Of a stretch of DNA of 49,207 bases, positions 1-9,019 are shown piece after piece. Every line of letters begins with the position of its first letter. The stretch's first letter is position 1. Made by a program: the position numbers and the translations under genes. Source of the stretch: Burkholderiaceae bacterium (lineage in GTDB: Bacteria; Patescibacteriota; Saccharimonadia; Saccharimonadales; AQU-01); contig JAYVTZ010000002.1 of the NCBI GenBank assembly GCA_043788365.1, positions 1-49,207 of the forward strand, in the 5' to 3' direction. The notes beneath the pieces were generated by a model. It saw nothing but the letters and a program-made list of their open reading frames with translations. It did not search any database and had not been told where the DNA came from.

Positions 1-104
1 AGGTAGGCTCCTTCTTGTAATTATTTGATAGTAACTACAGTTTAGGACGCCTACCTTTTTTAATGCAATTTATGTTGCAAAGGTGGTGAATGAGTACGAG
101 TTAG

Positions 105-133
105 TTGACTTTTAGGTGTTTTTTTGATATAAT
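105..133 (+). promoter_or_regulatory. sigma70-type promoter candidate for 164..1138
   Basis: TTGACT (105-110), a 17-nt spacer, then a TG-extended TATAAT (125-133). It lies about 30 nt before the ATG at 164. Confidence 0.5.
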
Positions 134-163
134 ATACTCTGTTATTAATGGATTGCTTAGGTT

Positions 164-1138
164 ATGAATTTAATAAAAGCCGAAACACTAACCATCGATG
201 ATCTCGAACGTATCTACCAGATGCCGAGCGCACCTGAGCCTAACTATGGTTTTATTCAAAAAAGAGTTGCTAGGCGTAATTACTCTGAGCCGATACGACA
301 GGTCTATTTATTACCCGATGAAGTCAAAGAAGACATTGGTAATCTTAAGCAACAAGTCTATAAGAATGGCGCTACCCATGCCTATCTTGTCGATGACAAT
401 CAAAAAAAGAAACATATATCTCATAGTAAAGTCCACGACTTGGTACTCGAAGAATATGGCTACAAATCGGTAGAAGAAGAACTGAGGATTATCAACAACG
501 AGCCAGCTATCGATCCTGTGGTAAACGTAGTTCCAGATGCTACAACACCAGAAACTGTCGCAAATCAACCAGAACAGTCTAAGTTTCGACATAAGGCCGG
601 TGCTTGGGCACTCACGAAACTAGGAGTTAAAACGGAAGCCGCCCCAGAGAAACCAAAACGAAAAGCAACTGCAAAGCAAAAACTAGCCCTGACAACTGGT
701 CTTGGTATGATTGCATTTGGAATTGTTGGCGTACCAGACCCCGAGAGGGCCTATTTTGCGCCAGATACAAGTGTTGTGACACTAGAGACCTCAAATAATA
801 CGACCATTCAACCTTCACCCCCTCTAAATTTAGTCGAGCCACAAATAACTGTAGGTACAGAAATTGGTGATGCTGTATCTGGTACACAGCCAAATAATTT
901 AAATAACCGAGCAATTGACACTGTTGATGATACTGCATCGGCAATAATAAATGCTAAGATTCTTGAGCCAGAGACCCCAAACAAATTAATTTATCAAGCT
1001 ATTGCCTACTATAATGCCCAGAACAATCGACATTTCGTTTATGTAAATGGCGTACTGCAAGAAGGTGCACAGAGTATGACAGTAGAAGAACTAATTGCCT
1101 TCAATGAAGATATGAAGATTGTTGACGCTCGTGGCTAA
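164..1138 (+). CDS. hypothetical protein with one central predicted TM helix
   Basis: Long ORF with a good upstream promoter and a downstream terminator. Hydrophobic segment LALTTGLGMIAFGIVGV. I recognised no family motif. Confidence 0.6.
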   Translation: MNLIKAETLTIDDLERIYQMPSAPEPNYGFIQKRVARRNYSEPIRQVYLLPDEVKEDIGNLKQQVYKNGATHAYLVDDNQKKKHISHSKVHDLVLEEYGYKSVEEELRIINNEPAIDPVVNVVPDATTPETVANQPEQSKFRHKAGAWALTKLGVKTEAAPEKPKRKATAKQKLALTTGLGMIAFGIVGVPDPERAYFAPDTSVVTLETSNNTTIQPSPPLNLVEPQITVGTEIGDAVSGTQPNNLNNRAIDTVDDTASAIINAKILEPETPNKLIYQAIAYYNAQNNRHFVYVNGVLQEGAQSMTVEELIAFNEDMKIVDARG

Positions 1139-1166
1139 AATCGTACCCTGACTGTATGTCTAAATT

Positions 1167-1195
1167 AAAAGACCCTTCATACGGAAGGGTCTTTT
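1167..1195. terminator. bidirectional rho-independent terminator between convergent genes
   Basis: AAAAGACCCTTC-ATAC-GGAAGGGTCTTTT: a GC-rich stem flanked by A-run and T-run, lying between the stop codons at 1138 and 1215. Confidence 0.6.
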
Positions 1196-1214
1196 AATTA
1201 TTTTTGTGTTTTGT

Positions 1215-1904
1215 TTATAGTGTTTCTTCAGTTGGAGCTGGAGCAACTTCTGGTCTGTTCATTGCAAGACCAGCCAACACAACAACACCTGTGCCCAAAA
1301 CAATTGCTGCTGGTTTGAACCTGCTCAGAGTATCGTCACCTGTGTGTGGCAGGTTTCCGTTTGGCAAGCTCGAAGAAGTAGTCACTACTGGTGGCTGGGT
1401 TGTTGAGGTAGCCCCTGTAGGGGTGCTCGTTGACGTAGTCGAACCAGCAACTGTGCTAGTGGTCGTTGAAGAGGCTGGGACACTTGTTGACGAACTAGTA
1501 GTTGAAGATGCGTATGTATTTGGTGTGGTATCTTCGACTTCAGTGTCGTGTGTGTAAGTATCTGGAGTCGTGTTGCCTTCAGTGTCATCAGGATGAGTAT
1601 CTTCGACTTCAGTGTCGTGTGTGTAAGTATCCGGAGTCGTGTTGCCTTCAGTGTCATCAGGATGCGGGTAAGTGTTAGGCGTTGAGTCTGGAGCTGAAGA
1701 TCCGGTTTCGTGACCGTGACCATCTTTACCGTCGTGCTTACCAGATTTGTCCTGGTCATTGTCGCCGTTATAGCTATTGCCACCAGCTAAAACCTTACCA
1801 CCACCTAAAATACCAACACCAACTAGAGCTACGCCAGTTGCCTTGATAAAGCCTCTTCGGCTCATGCGGGCTTCAGAACCGTTTGATAATCCTTCTTTTG
1901 ACAT
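1215..1904 (-). CDS. Tat-signal, Ser/Thr-rich, LPXTG cell-wall-anchored surface protein
   Basis: N-terminal SRRGFIKATGVALVG (twin-arginine type signal). C-terminal LPHTG, then a hydrophobic helix and a charged tail (sortase sorting signal). GGAGA RBS before the ATG. Internal 23-aa tandem repeat. Confidence 0.8.
   Translation of the reverse strand: MSKEGLSNGSEARMSRRGFIKATGVALVGVGILGGGKVLAGGNSYNGDNDQDKSGKHDGKDGHGHETGSSAPDSTPNTYPHPDDTEGNTTPDTYTHDTEVEDTHPDDTEGNTTPDTYTHDTEVEDTTPNTYASSTTSSSTSVPASSTTTSTVAGSTTSTSTPTGATSTTQPPVVTTSSSLPNGNLPHTGDDTLSRFKPAAIVLGTGVVVLAGLAMNRPEVAPAPTEETL
1531..1664 (-). repeat. near-perfect 69-bp tandem repeat (2 copies) inside the LPXTG gene
   Basis: TCTTCGACTTCAGTGTCGTGTGTGTAAGTATC[T/C]GGAGTCGTGTTGCCTTCAGTGTCATCAGGATG starts at 1531 and again at 1600. 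I saw one mismatch. It encodes HPDDTEGNTTPDTYTHDTEVEDT twice. Confidence 0.9.
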
Positions 1905-2014
1905 AATTTTCTCCTTATTAATAATCGATTCTAATCCGTTTGTGATACGCCCTATTTAGACTTATTTACAATCCCAAACTTTTTTATAACAGATTAATAT
2001 TAGCATAACATATA

Positions 2015-3304
2015 TCAATTGTCAATAAGATGATGTTTATCCTTATTTTGTCTGAGTTGGCTAAGCAAATAGAATGAGCCAGTTACTAGCAACAGATTGT
2101 TATAGCCACTAACTAGTGCATTATACGCATCGTTTTGACTGGAAATTATTTCGTAGCTATCAAATCCTTTTATCCTGCAGAATTCTGCAATTATATCTGG
2201 GTCCGTTGCAGTTGCTGGCAAGTCCTGTGTTGTCTCGAAGGTGGTTAGAATCAATTTTTGACAGATTGGAAGTAACTCCTCAAGCACTCCTGGGTACTCT
2301 TTGCCTTGCTTGAGGCTAAGCAACACATCTGCTTTTTGGCCCGGATACTTTACCTTAAAACTCTCAACCAAAGCATGCATTTTTTGTTGATTATGGGCAC
2401 CATCCATTATCAAAGTTTTATTACTGATTTTTGTTGTGTCCATCCGACCTGGGACCAAAGTGTGCGAACTATGAATAATTTCTGACAAATTAACTACATG
2501 TAAACTGTCTCGCTTACAAACGAATTCAAATACATTTAACGCCAGGATAAAATTATGCTGTTGAAACAAAGGTAAATCATCAATTTCATGGCTAAATTCT
2601 GTCGCGCGGCTAACCTCATCTAATAGGTGTAGATCGGCGTCAAATTGATGACACCTTACTTCGATTGCACTCATGATTTCTGGAGATTGTTGATACATAA
2701 TGACTTGATTTGCCTTATGAATAATTCCCGCCTTTTGGGCGGCGATTTCAGTTAGCGAGTTACCTAAAATATTCATGTGGTCAAAACCGATGTCAGTGAT
2801 TACACAGACTTTGTCTTCACGGTTAGCTACATTAGTGCTGTCGTGCAGGCCACCTAGACCTGTCTCTATTACTGCATAGTCAACACCAACTTTGACAAAA
2901 ACCCAGTAGGCAAAAGCAATAATTAGCTCAAAATAAGTTGGTGTAATTTCACCAATCAGGTCAATAAACTCTCCTAGGTAAGCACATAAGTCATCATCAC
3001 TAATTGGTTGATCGTTAATTTGAATACGCTCAGTTACACTATCGACATGTGGTGAGACAGTTAGGCCCACTTTCGTGCCACTGGCATGTAAAAGCGAAGC
3101 GATGTAATAGGCTGTTGATGTCTTGCCACTTGTTCCGGCCAAATGGACTATTTTTAACTTTTGATGGGGATTACCAACTTTTTCTAGCAGCGGCATCATC
3201 CGAGCTAGAGTCATATTTTTGCCGGTAATCTCCTTTGACAATGGCACATAGCCCATCAGGATTTGGTTGGCTTCAGTAATATTAGAAATCGTCGGCATTG
3301 ACAA
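2015..3304 (-). CDS. folC: folylpolyglutamate synthase/dihydrofolate synthase-like Mur ligase family protein
   Basis: P-loop HLAGTSGKTST and C-terminal MDGAHN motif, both typical of the FolC/Mur ligase family. The track start at 3304 is TTG; an ATG two codons later (3298) is an alternative start. Confidence 0.7.
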   Translation of the reverse strand: MSMPTISNITEANQILMGYVPLSKEITGKNMTLARMMPLLEKVGNPHQKLKIVHLAGTSGKTSTAYYIASLLHASGTKVGLTVSPHVDSVTERIQINDQPISDDDLCAYLGEFIDLIGEITPTYFELIIAFAYWVFVKVGVDYAVIETGLGGLHDSTNVANREDKVCVITDIGFDHMNILGNSLTEIAAQKAGIIHKANQVIMYQQSPEIMSAIEVRCHQFDADLHLLDEVSRATEFSHEIDDLPLFQQHNFILALNVFEFVCKRDSLHVVNLSEIIHSSHTLVPGRMDTTKISNKTLIMDGAHNQQKMHALVESFKVKYPGQKADVLLSLKQGKEYPGVLEELLPICQKLILTTFETTQDLPATATDPDIIAEFCRIKGFDSYEIISSQNDAYNALVSGYNNLLLVTGSFYLLSQLRQNKDKHHLIDN

Positions 3305-3345
3305 TAATTGTATATCAAACTAAGTACTTATGTGACGGAATAACA

Positions 3346-5709
3346 CTATTTTTTAGATTTGCTGACGAAGCCTGCTGCATAGGCGGTAATGACATAACCG
3401 AGTATGCCAAGATAGAAGGAGTAGTTAATCCCGCCAAGTAATGAAACGAGCACTGCCAATACTGAGCCAGCCACTGAGGCTGCACCGTTTAAGCCCCAAA
3501 GCCATGGTTTAAGATCGTTAGATTTTTTAGATGCCCACCTCATTCCCATCGCAAACGGCATACCCATTAATAAACCTATAGGCAAAATGAAAATCATAGC
3601 TGAAATAACATGAGCGACAGTCCCCCACCGTGTGCCAAGAATGATAAATTTAGGTAAAATATAAACAAAAATTAATAAGATTAAACACAGCAAATAAACT
3701 CTTCTTCTTAGTGTTAGTCTGTTAAATATCGGCTTCTCACTCAACATGCTACCAATTCCACTTGCAGCTAGTATGCTAGGCAGAACTACGATTATAGAGA
3801 ACGCTGGATGACCAAAAAATATCGATAATCGTTGTAGTAGCCCTAGCTCAATACCCATAAACCCCAATCCAATACCTAGAAAATACACAGCCAAAGCTTT
3901 GTTCTCTTTATTAAGCAATTTTTTGCCGAATATATAAGGCACAACAAATACCAAGCCAACAACTGTTACTACAAACAAACTCATAGCGGCCAATAAACCT
4001 AAAGAACTTAGATTGTGGTATTTCCAGTTAAATGGTGTAGCCAAATCTTTGAAACGTATAAAGTTAAAGAAAAATGGTTGATTATCGGTCGGGGGTGAAA
4101 TATTACCTGGTACTAGACTGGCTGCCTTGCTTAAATTACCCTTGGCTAAATTTGAAATAACCGGATCGGCGGAACTAATATTTGGACTGGCCAATATTTT
4201 AAAACCGTACTTGTCAGATATAGTCTGAACTTTGTTTAGTACTGTTTGGTCAAATGGATTACGGCTTACGAGTATATTTGTTATGCCCCAGTACTGTGTG
4301 TTAGTGGGTTGAAATAATACCAGTGCGATATGCTTTTCAGGGTCCTTAATACCGATTTTCTTTAGTGCATCCTGAGCCAATGACACAGTACGATAGGTTT
4401 CAAACGGAACACCGGCTTTGCGCCATCTAGACACTGATAAAATGCCTTTGTCAGATAAACGATTAATAAATAACTGCCATGCTTCAGTCGTATACAGTGA
4501 GTTCTCTGAAATCGTATACCCACCGGCAGCAGTTGCTGCCCATGTGTCTATAAGAGAAATTTTGATAATATCGTATTTATTGGTGTGCCGAGTCAGGTAA
4601 CTTCGTGCTTCGTCATTAACAAATGTAACTCCTTTAACTCTATCTAAATGTCCGGTGTAGTCACTAAATCGTTTATTTACAGCCGAAATTATTTCATCAT
4701 TTAATTCAATTGCTTTTACCGAATTCGCTCCAGACGCTAAGGACGACAATACGTCTCTTCCCCCGCCTGCACCTACCACAGAAACATTTGCACCCGAAAT
4801 CAATTGGTCGGCCAAATTAGTCACATCACACTCGAGGAATTTATAGTGACTTGGAACTCCATCATATTTAGTTAAAATCGTACCGGCATCGCCATCAATT
4901 TGTAGCAATAACTGATCAACATCTCGCAATTGATCACAATTATCACTCAACCCCCACCCAAATGGGTCTTTTGAAAGATTGTCGTAAACAGCTACTCGTG
5001 AAAAGGTATTCCATTCTTCATAAATTGCAGACGCCTCTTTTCCGTGCTTACCATAGATCATTTTTAGCAGATGTTTATTGCTAGATGTGATTGAAAGCAA
5101 AGAAGCAAAAATAATCACGAGCACTAATGACATAGATAATAAAATTGGTTCTATCAACCTTCTAGTTGAATAGGCAAACATAAATGCACCTAATAAAGCT
5201 ATAAAGCAAGATACGAAAATAGCCGTTGGTCCGTCACTAAATTTTAGTGCGAATATTACCCCAAAACAACCGGTCGCGGCGCCTATTAAATCGGCACCAT
5301 AAATTGGTCCAATTGATTCTGTAAAAAATGTTAACGCAAGCGCTAGCACTACACCACTTGCAACAAAGGGTAAACTTACAAATAATATCGATGCTGCGCC
5401 AAACGGTATAAACATCAGAACCAACAATGCCGGAATGATTAATATGCCAAAATACATCGACCATCTAGCTAGAACTACCCTTTCACCAACTTTTGAAATA
5501 TAGGTTCGAAATCGATAGACCCCTATAGCACCAACCGTCATACCAAATAATGCTGCCGAAATTGCTACAAACGCAAAATGATACCAAACTATTACACTAA
5601 ATAATCGCGTCAACAAAAGTTCATACATCAAGGTTGCAAAAGATACGAAATAAACTCCTAAGTAATCAAATCTACCGGCAACCAATGACGTTATTTTATT
5701 TTTTACCAT
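3346..5709 (-). CDS. polytopic membrane protein with a central spermidine-synthase-like (class I SAM-fold) domain
   Basis: Multiple TM helices at both ends. The central soluble domain has VVGAGGGRDV, a glycine-rich nucleotide-binding motif. The architecture resembles fused membrane/aminopropyltransferase-like proteins. Confidence 0.55.
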   Translation of the reverse strand: MVKNKITSLVAGRFDYLGVYFVSFATLMYELLLTRLFSVIVWYHFAFVAISAALFGMTVGAIGVYRFRTYISKVGERVVLARWSMYFGILIIPALLVLMFIPFGAASILFVSLPFVASGVVLALALTFFTESIGPIYGADLIGAATGCFGVIFALKFSDGPTAIFVSCFIALLGAFMFAYSTRRLIEPILLSMSLVLVIIFASLLSITSSNKHLLKMIYGKHGKEASAIYEEWNTFSRVAVYDNLSKDPFGWGLSDNCDQLRDVDQLLLQIDGDAGTILTKYDGVPSHYKFLECDVTNLADQLISGANVSVVGAGGGRDVLSSLASGANSVKAIELNDEIISAVNKRFSDYTGHLDRVKGVTFVNDEARSYLTRHTNKYDIIKISLIDTWAATAAGGYTISENSLYTTEAWQLFINRLSDKGILSVSRWRKAGVPFETYRTVSLAQDALKKIGIKDPEKHIALVLFQPTNTQYWGITNILVSRNPFDQTVLNKVQTISDKYGFKILASPNISSADPVISNLAKGNLSKAASLVPGNISPPTDNQPFFFNFIRFKDLATPFNWKYHNLSSLGLLAAMSLFVVTVVGLVFVVPYIFGKKLLNKENKALAVYFLGIGLGFMGIELGLLQRLSIFFGHPAFSIIVVLPSILAASGIGSMLSEKPIFNRLTLRRRVYLLCLILLIFVYILPKFIILGTRWGTVAHVISAMIFILPIGLLMGMPFAMGMRWASKKSNDLKPWLWGLNGAASVAGSVLAVLVSLLGGINYSFYLGILGYVITAYAAGFVSKSKK

Positions 5710-5950
5710 AAATTCTTAACAATAAGCTTAACATTATTACGACTCAAAATTATATTTAATATTTTTTACTGGTCAGAGCGTCATATTCGTGCCGGTATTT
5801 CTTTTGACAGCGGGACTTAGTTCATCATGTTTTGGTTGGCTTTTTATATGTCTTTTATTACTGGCATGGCATGATTGTAACTGTTAATTTATAATAATCC
5901 GTGAATAATTTTTGCTATTTTTAATTAAAAGCTCTTGCTCGCTACTTGCA

Positions 5951-5986
5951 AATAAAAAAGATTCAGTTAGCCTGAATCTCTTTTAT
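5951..5986 (-). terminator. rho-independent terminator after tRNA-Arg(TCG)
   Basis: Minus strand reads AAAGAGATTCAG-GCTAA-CTGAATCTTTTTT immediately 3' of the tRNA. Confidence 0.55.
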
Positions 5987-6063
5987 TGGTGCGCCCGGAC
6001 GGATTCGAACCGCCGACTTTCTGTTCCGAAGACAGACGCTCTAATCCACTGAGCTACGGGCGC
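5987..6063 (-). tRNA. tRNA-Arg (anticodon TCG), CCA encoded
   Basis: Hand-folded cloverleaf: acceptor GCGCCCG/CGGGCGC, D arm GCTC..GAGC, anticodon stem TCTGT/ACAGA with loop CTTCGGA, T arm GGCGG-TTCGAAT-CCGTC, then ACCA. Confidence 0.9.
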
Positions 6064-6107
6064 AAACGCATTAACAGATTACCATACTTTAAGGTTGCTC
6101 GCGAAAC

Positions 6108-6833
6108 CTAATCGATTCGATAGTAGTGGCTAGAGAGTAGCTTTTTATATGGCTGCCAGACTTGTTTGGCTTTTTTATGTGTCAGTGTTGATAGCTTTAC
6201 TAGGATTAGGAGTAGCATGCTAAGTCCAGTACAAAGTAGGGCGGACAACAGCTTGTAGGTAACTCCATTTCCGGTGTCTATCAAGAGTACGAAAGACTCA
6301 GTTATGCTAAATAATACCAGCATGATAAACCACTCATTGCTAAAAACACGGTTATTCATTTGCAATGCAAAGTTAGTGCGGTTCATCTGATTAGCTACTA
6401 ACCTATCAAGCAGCTTGTCGATATCGTCTTGGTTCTCACCCTTATACTGGAGACAAAACGATATCAGCTCTTCATACATTACCTCTCCTTGTCCGGGTTT
6501 CTGCTCGCGAACAACTGATTGCATATAAGCTGTAAACTTATCTTGAATTTCATTTCTTAATGCTTTTGGTAATTTCTTGAGACCAATGACCATCGCAAAA
6601 ATAGCATTAGCTTCAGATCTAACGATTCGATGCAGCTCTTCTATTCTTGCCTTTTGACTACTTAATATTGGCGCGATATAAAAACCATACAAAAATGAGT
6701 TGACCGAAAATAGCGTCAATGCGCCGCTCGTAAACTTTACACTTGGCAATATTAAAAGCGCTAACCCGTAAATAATAAACAAAACTACAAAATATTGGGT
6801 TAACCTGATCTTTTCGAGCAAAAAGTGTTTCAT
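6108..6833 (-). CDS. hypothetical integral membrane protein
   Basis: ORF with N- and C-terminal TM helices flanking a charged helical middle. No motif recognised. Confidence 0.55.
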   Translation of the reverse strand: MKHFLLEKIRLTQYFVVLFIIYGLALLILPSVKFTSGALTLFSVNSFLYGFYIAPILSSQKARIEELHRIVRSEANAIFAMVIGLKKLPKALRNEIQDKFTAYMQSVVREQKPGQGEVMYEELISFCLQYKGENQDDIDKLLDRLVANQMNRTNFALQMNNRVFSNEWFIMLVLFSITESFVLLIDTGNGVTYKLLSALLCTGLSMLLLILVKLSTLTHKKAKQVWQPYKKLLSSHYYRID

Positions 6834-6859
6834 AGATTTATATTAACAGCTTGGCGTAC

Positions 6860-7438
6860 TTACTGCTTATCTTTATTTTTGACTACACTAGTATCAGCAG
6901 ACGGCAATGACTTGTTGGCGGCCTGACCGTCGGCTTGGGCGAGGGTTTGCTGCAGAATATTAATTACACTCTTAGCGTGTTCACGACTCATACCAACTCT
7001 TGCAACGGCTAGCGGCTGGTTGTTTGGACCAGAATTTTGGATGAAATTCATAACAACACCGTAGTTATTAACCATGACATGAACCATGTCGGTATAAACC
7101 ACTCTTATGTCCATTGGCATCACAAAAGCTGTTTGACGCATGTTGTCATTGACTTCAAAAACCGTGCCGCTGACACTATCGTTATCTTCAGTCGAAAAAC
7201 CGGCAAGTTCCCAAAGGTCAGCAGAATCGTCTTCACTTATATCAAAATGACTAATGAGAAGGAGAAGAATTTCTTCACTAGGGCGTTGCTCGCCATTCTC
7301 GATACGAGCCAAAATCTCGGAGTCAATCTCGACTGCACCAGAAACTTCGTCCAGGCTTTCGTGACGCTGAACACGACTTCGCTTCAGCTTTCCCCCCAAA
7401 ACCTTAAAAGGCTGTTTTTGACTAAAATCATTCCTCAT
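6860..7438 (-). CDS. XRE-family helix-turn-helix protein
   Basis: HTH_3-like segment LGGKLKRSRVQRHESLDEVSGAVEIDSEILARIENGEQRPS. I chose the start at the internal ATG 7438 (MRNDFSQ) because the track ORF's first 86 codons run across the divergent murB start region. Confidence 0.65.
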   Translation of the reverse strand: MRNDFSQKQPFKVLGGKLKRSRVQRHESLDEVSGAVEIDSEILARIENGEQRPSEEILLLLISHFDISEDDSADLWELAGFSTEDNDSVSGTVFEVNDNMRQTAFVMPMDIRVVYTDMVHVMVNNYGVVMNFIQNSGPNNQPLAVARVGMSREHAKSVINILQQTLAQADGQAANKSLPSADTSVVKNKDKQ

Positions 7439-7505
7439 TGATTTAATGTTACATGCAGACTTAGTTCGATTGCAAGCAAAAGCAGGTATAATACGTCCAA
7501 GATAT

Positions 7506-8570
7506 ATGAAGCTAAGCCGTAATGTTCCCTTGAGTAAATATTCGACCATGCGCCTAGGTGGTCCAGCTGCGTATTTGACAGAAGTTACTGACAGAACAGA
7601 GGTCGCAGAAGCCGTAGTTTGGGCCGAACAAAATAAGCTACTGGTGGTTATGATTGGTGACGGCAGCAATATAATTTGGAGCGACAAGGGCTTCAAAGGT
7701 GTTGTTATAGTTAATAGAATTAAAGGATATGATGATTTTGAAGAGAGTCAAGGCGACCATTACTTGACTATTGGGTCTGGCGAAAATTGGGATAATGTTG
7801 TCGAGCGCGCAGTAAAATCAGGTCTAAGTGGTATAGAGGCATTATCGCTCATACCCGGCACTGCTGGTGCAACCCCAATACAAAATGTTGGTGCCTATGG
7901 GCAAGAGATTGCTAATTGCCTAGTTATGGTTGAGGCCTATGACAGACAATCGAATAGCTTCGTAAAAATACCAACCCTAGATTGCCATTTTGGTTATCGC
8001 ACTAGTCGTTTCAATACTATCGATAAAAATCGCTTTTATATAACCGGCATAATTCTTCGTCTAAAAAAGACTACTTTGCAACCACCGTTTTATCAGACTC
8101 TTAATGATTACTTGGTCGAGCACGCAATAGTCGACTATAGCCCAGAAAATATTAGAAAAGCTGTGATTGATATTAGGTCAAGTAAATTGCCTGACCCTAA
8201 AAAAGTCGCAAATAATGGCTCTTTCTTTGTTAATCCAATAGTTAGCGCTGAAAAATTTAACGAACTACACACCAAATTCCCTGGCATAATGGCGTGGGAC
8301 CTAAAGAACGGTCAGTATAAATTATCGGCCGGATGGTTAATTGACCGAGCTGGGTTTAAGGGCATAAGCGACCCAGAGACCGGCATGGGTGTTTGGGATA
8401 AGCAGGCAGTAGTGCTTGTAAACATAAAAGCCAAAACAACCGCTGATCTATATCGATTTAAGCAGAAGATTAATAATCGATTAAAGGAAATGTTCGGAAT
8501 CACCCTAGAACAAGAGCCCGAATTCATTGGCGAGTTACCGACACCCCCACCTGCCCCCAAGCTTATTTAA
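7506..8570 (+). CDS. murB: UDP-N-acetylenolpyruvoylglucosamine reductase
   Basis: YSTMRLGGPA N-terminal motif, FAD-binding domain, and the C-terminal GSFFVNP and SAGWLID motifs characteristic of MurB. Start set at MKLSRNVPL (7506); the track ORF opens at 7446. Confidence 0.85.
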   Translation: MKLSRNVPLSKYSTMRLGGPAAYLTEVTDRTEVAEAVVWAEQNKLLVVMIGDGSNIIWSDKGFKGVVIVNRIKGYDDFEESQGDHYLTIGSGENWDNVVERAVKSGLSGIEALSLIPGTAGATPIQNVGAYGQEIANCLVMVEAYDRQSNSFVKIPTLDCHFGYRTSRFNTIDKNRFYITGIILRLKKTTLQPPFYQTLNDYLVEHAIVDYSPENIRKAVIDIRSSKLPDPKKVANNGSFFVNPIVSAEKFNELHTKFPGIMAWDLKNGQYKLSAGWLIDRAGFKGISDPETGMGVWDKQAVVLVNIKAKTTADLYRFKQKINNRLKEMFGITLEQEPEFIGELPTPPPAPKLI

Positions 8571-8572
8571 GA

Positions 8573-9019
8573 TTAGAGATTAACGTCGGAATAGTACTTT
8601 TTAACTTTGATGTTGTCTAATGCAATTCTGACACAAACGATTAGATTTGATGGCAATTCGTCAACATTAAACCATCTTAAATCATCGCACTTATTTGGTT
8701 CTTTATTTACAATCTCCCCTTGCCAATTCGTAGTTTTAAAATAAAGATCAATTCTCTCGTGGTCAGCTTCTTCAGCGAGACGGTGTTGGGTGTGAACTAG
8801 CTCGAGATTTGCGGGGTCTAGACTGACACCGATTTCCTCGTCTGCTTCTCTAACCATGGCATCTTGGGCTGACTCACCACCATTCAAGTGGCCCGCTGGT
8901 AAACTATAGTTGCCGTCCTGATAGCCAGTATTTGCCCGTCTAAGTAAGAGTATTTGACCATTCTTGATTAAGATAAGATATACTGCTGGAACTACTGTCC
9001 ATCTCTGTTTATCATTCAT
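8573..9019 (-). CDS. NUDIX hydrolase
   Basis: Nudix box GHLNGGESAQDAMVREADEEIGV (GX5EX7REUXEEXGU). There is a 4-nt overlap with the upstream glyA stop. Confidence 0.8.
   Translation of the reverse strand: MNDKQRWTVVPAVYLILIKNGQILLLRRANTGYQDGNYSLPAGHLNGGESAQDAMVREADEEIGVSLDPANLELVHTQHRLAEEADHERIDLYFKTTNWQGEIVNKEPNKCDDLRWFNVDELPSNLIVCVRIALDNIKVKKYYSDVNL

Noticed and set aside
1-56. An inverted repeat AGGTAGGCTCCT...AGGACGCCTACCT followed by TTTTTT at the window start, as a terminator.
   Set aside because: The loop is about 30 nt and the upstream gene is outside the window. It may be a terminator, but the support is too weak to list as a feature.
1204-1783. Track ORFs 1204..1557 (+) and 1385..1783 (-) overlapping the LPXTG gene.
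   Set aside because: These are shadow frames of the repeat-rich, compositionally biased gene 1215..1904. That gene has an RBS, a signal peptide and a sorting signal, and these ORFs have none of them.
7439-7696. The N-terminal 86 codons of track ORF 6860..7696, and the first 20 codons of 7446..8570.
   Set aside because: The extension overlaps the divergent murB coding region and has no domain content. The internal ATG at 7438 precedes the HTH domain. For murB, the conserved N-terminus begins at MKLSRNVPLSKYSTMRLGG.
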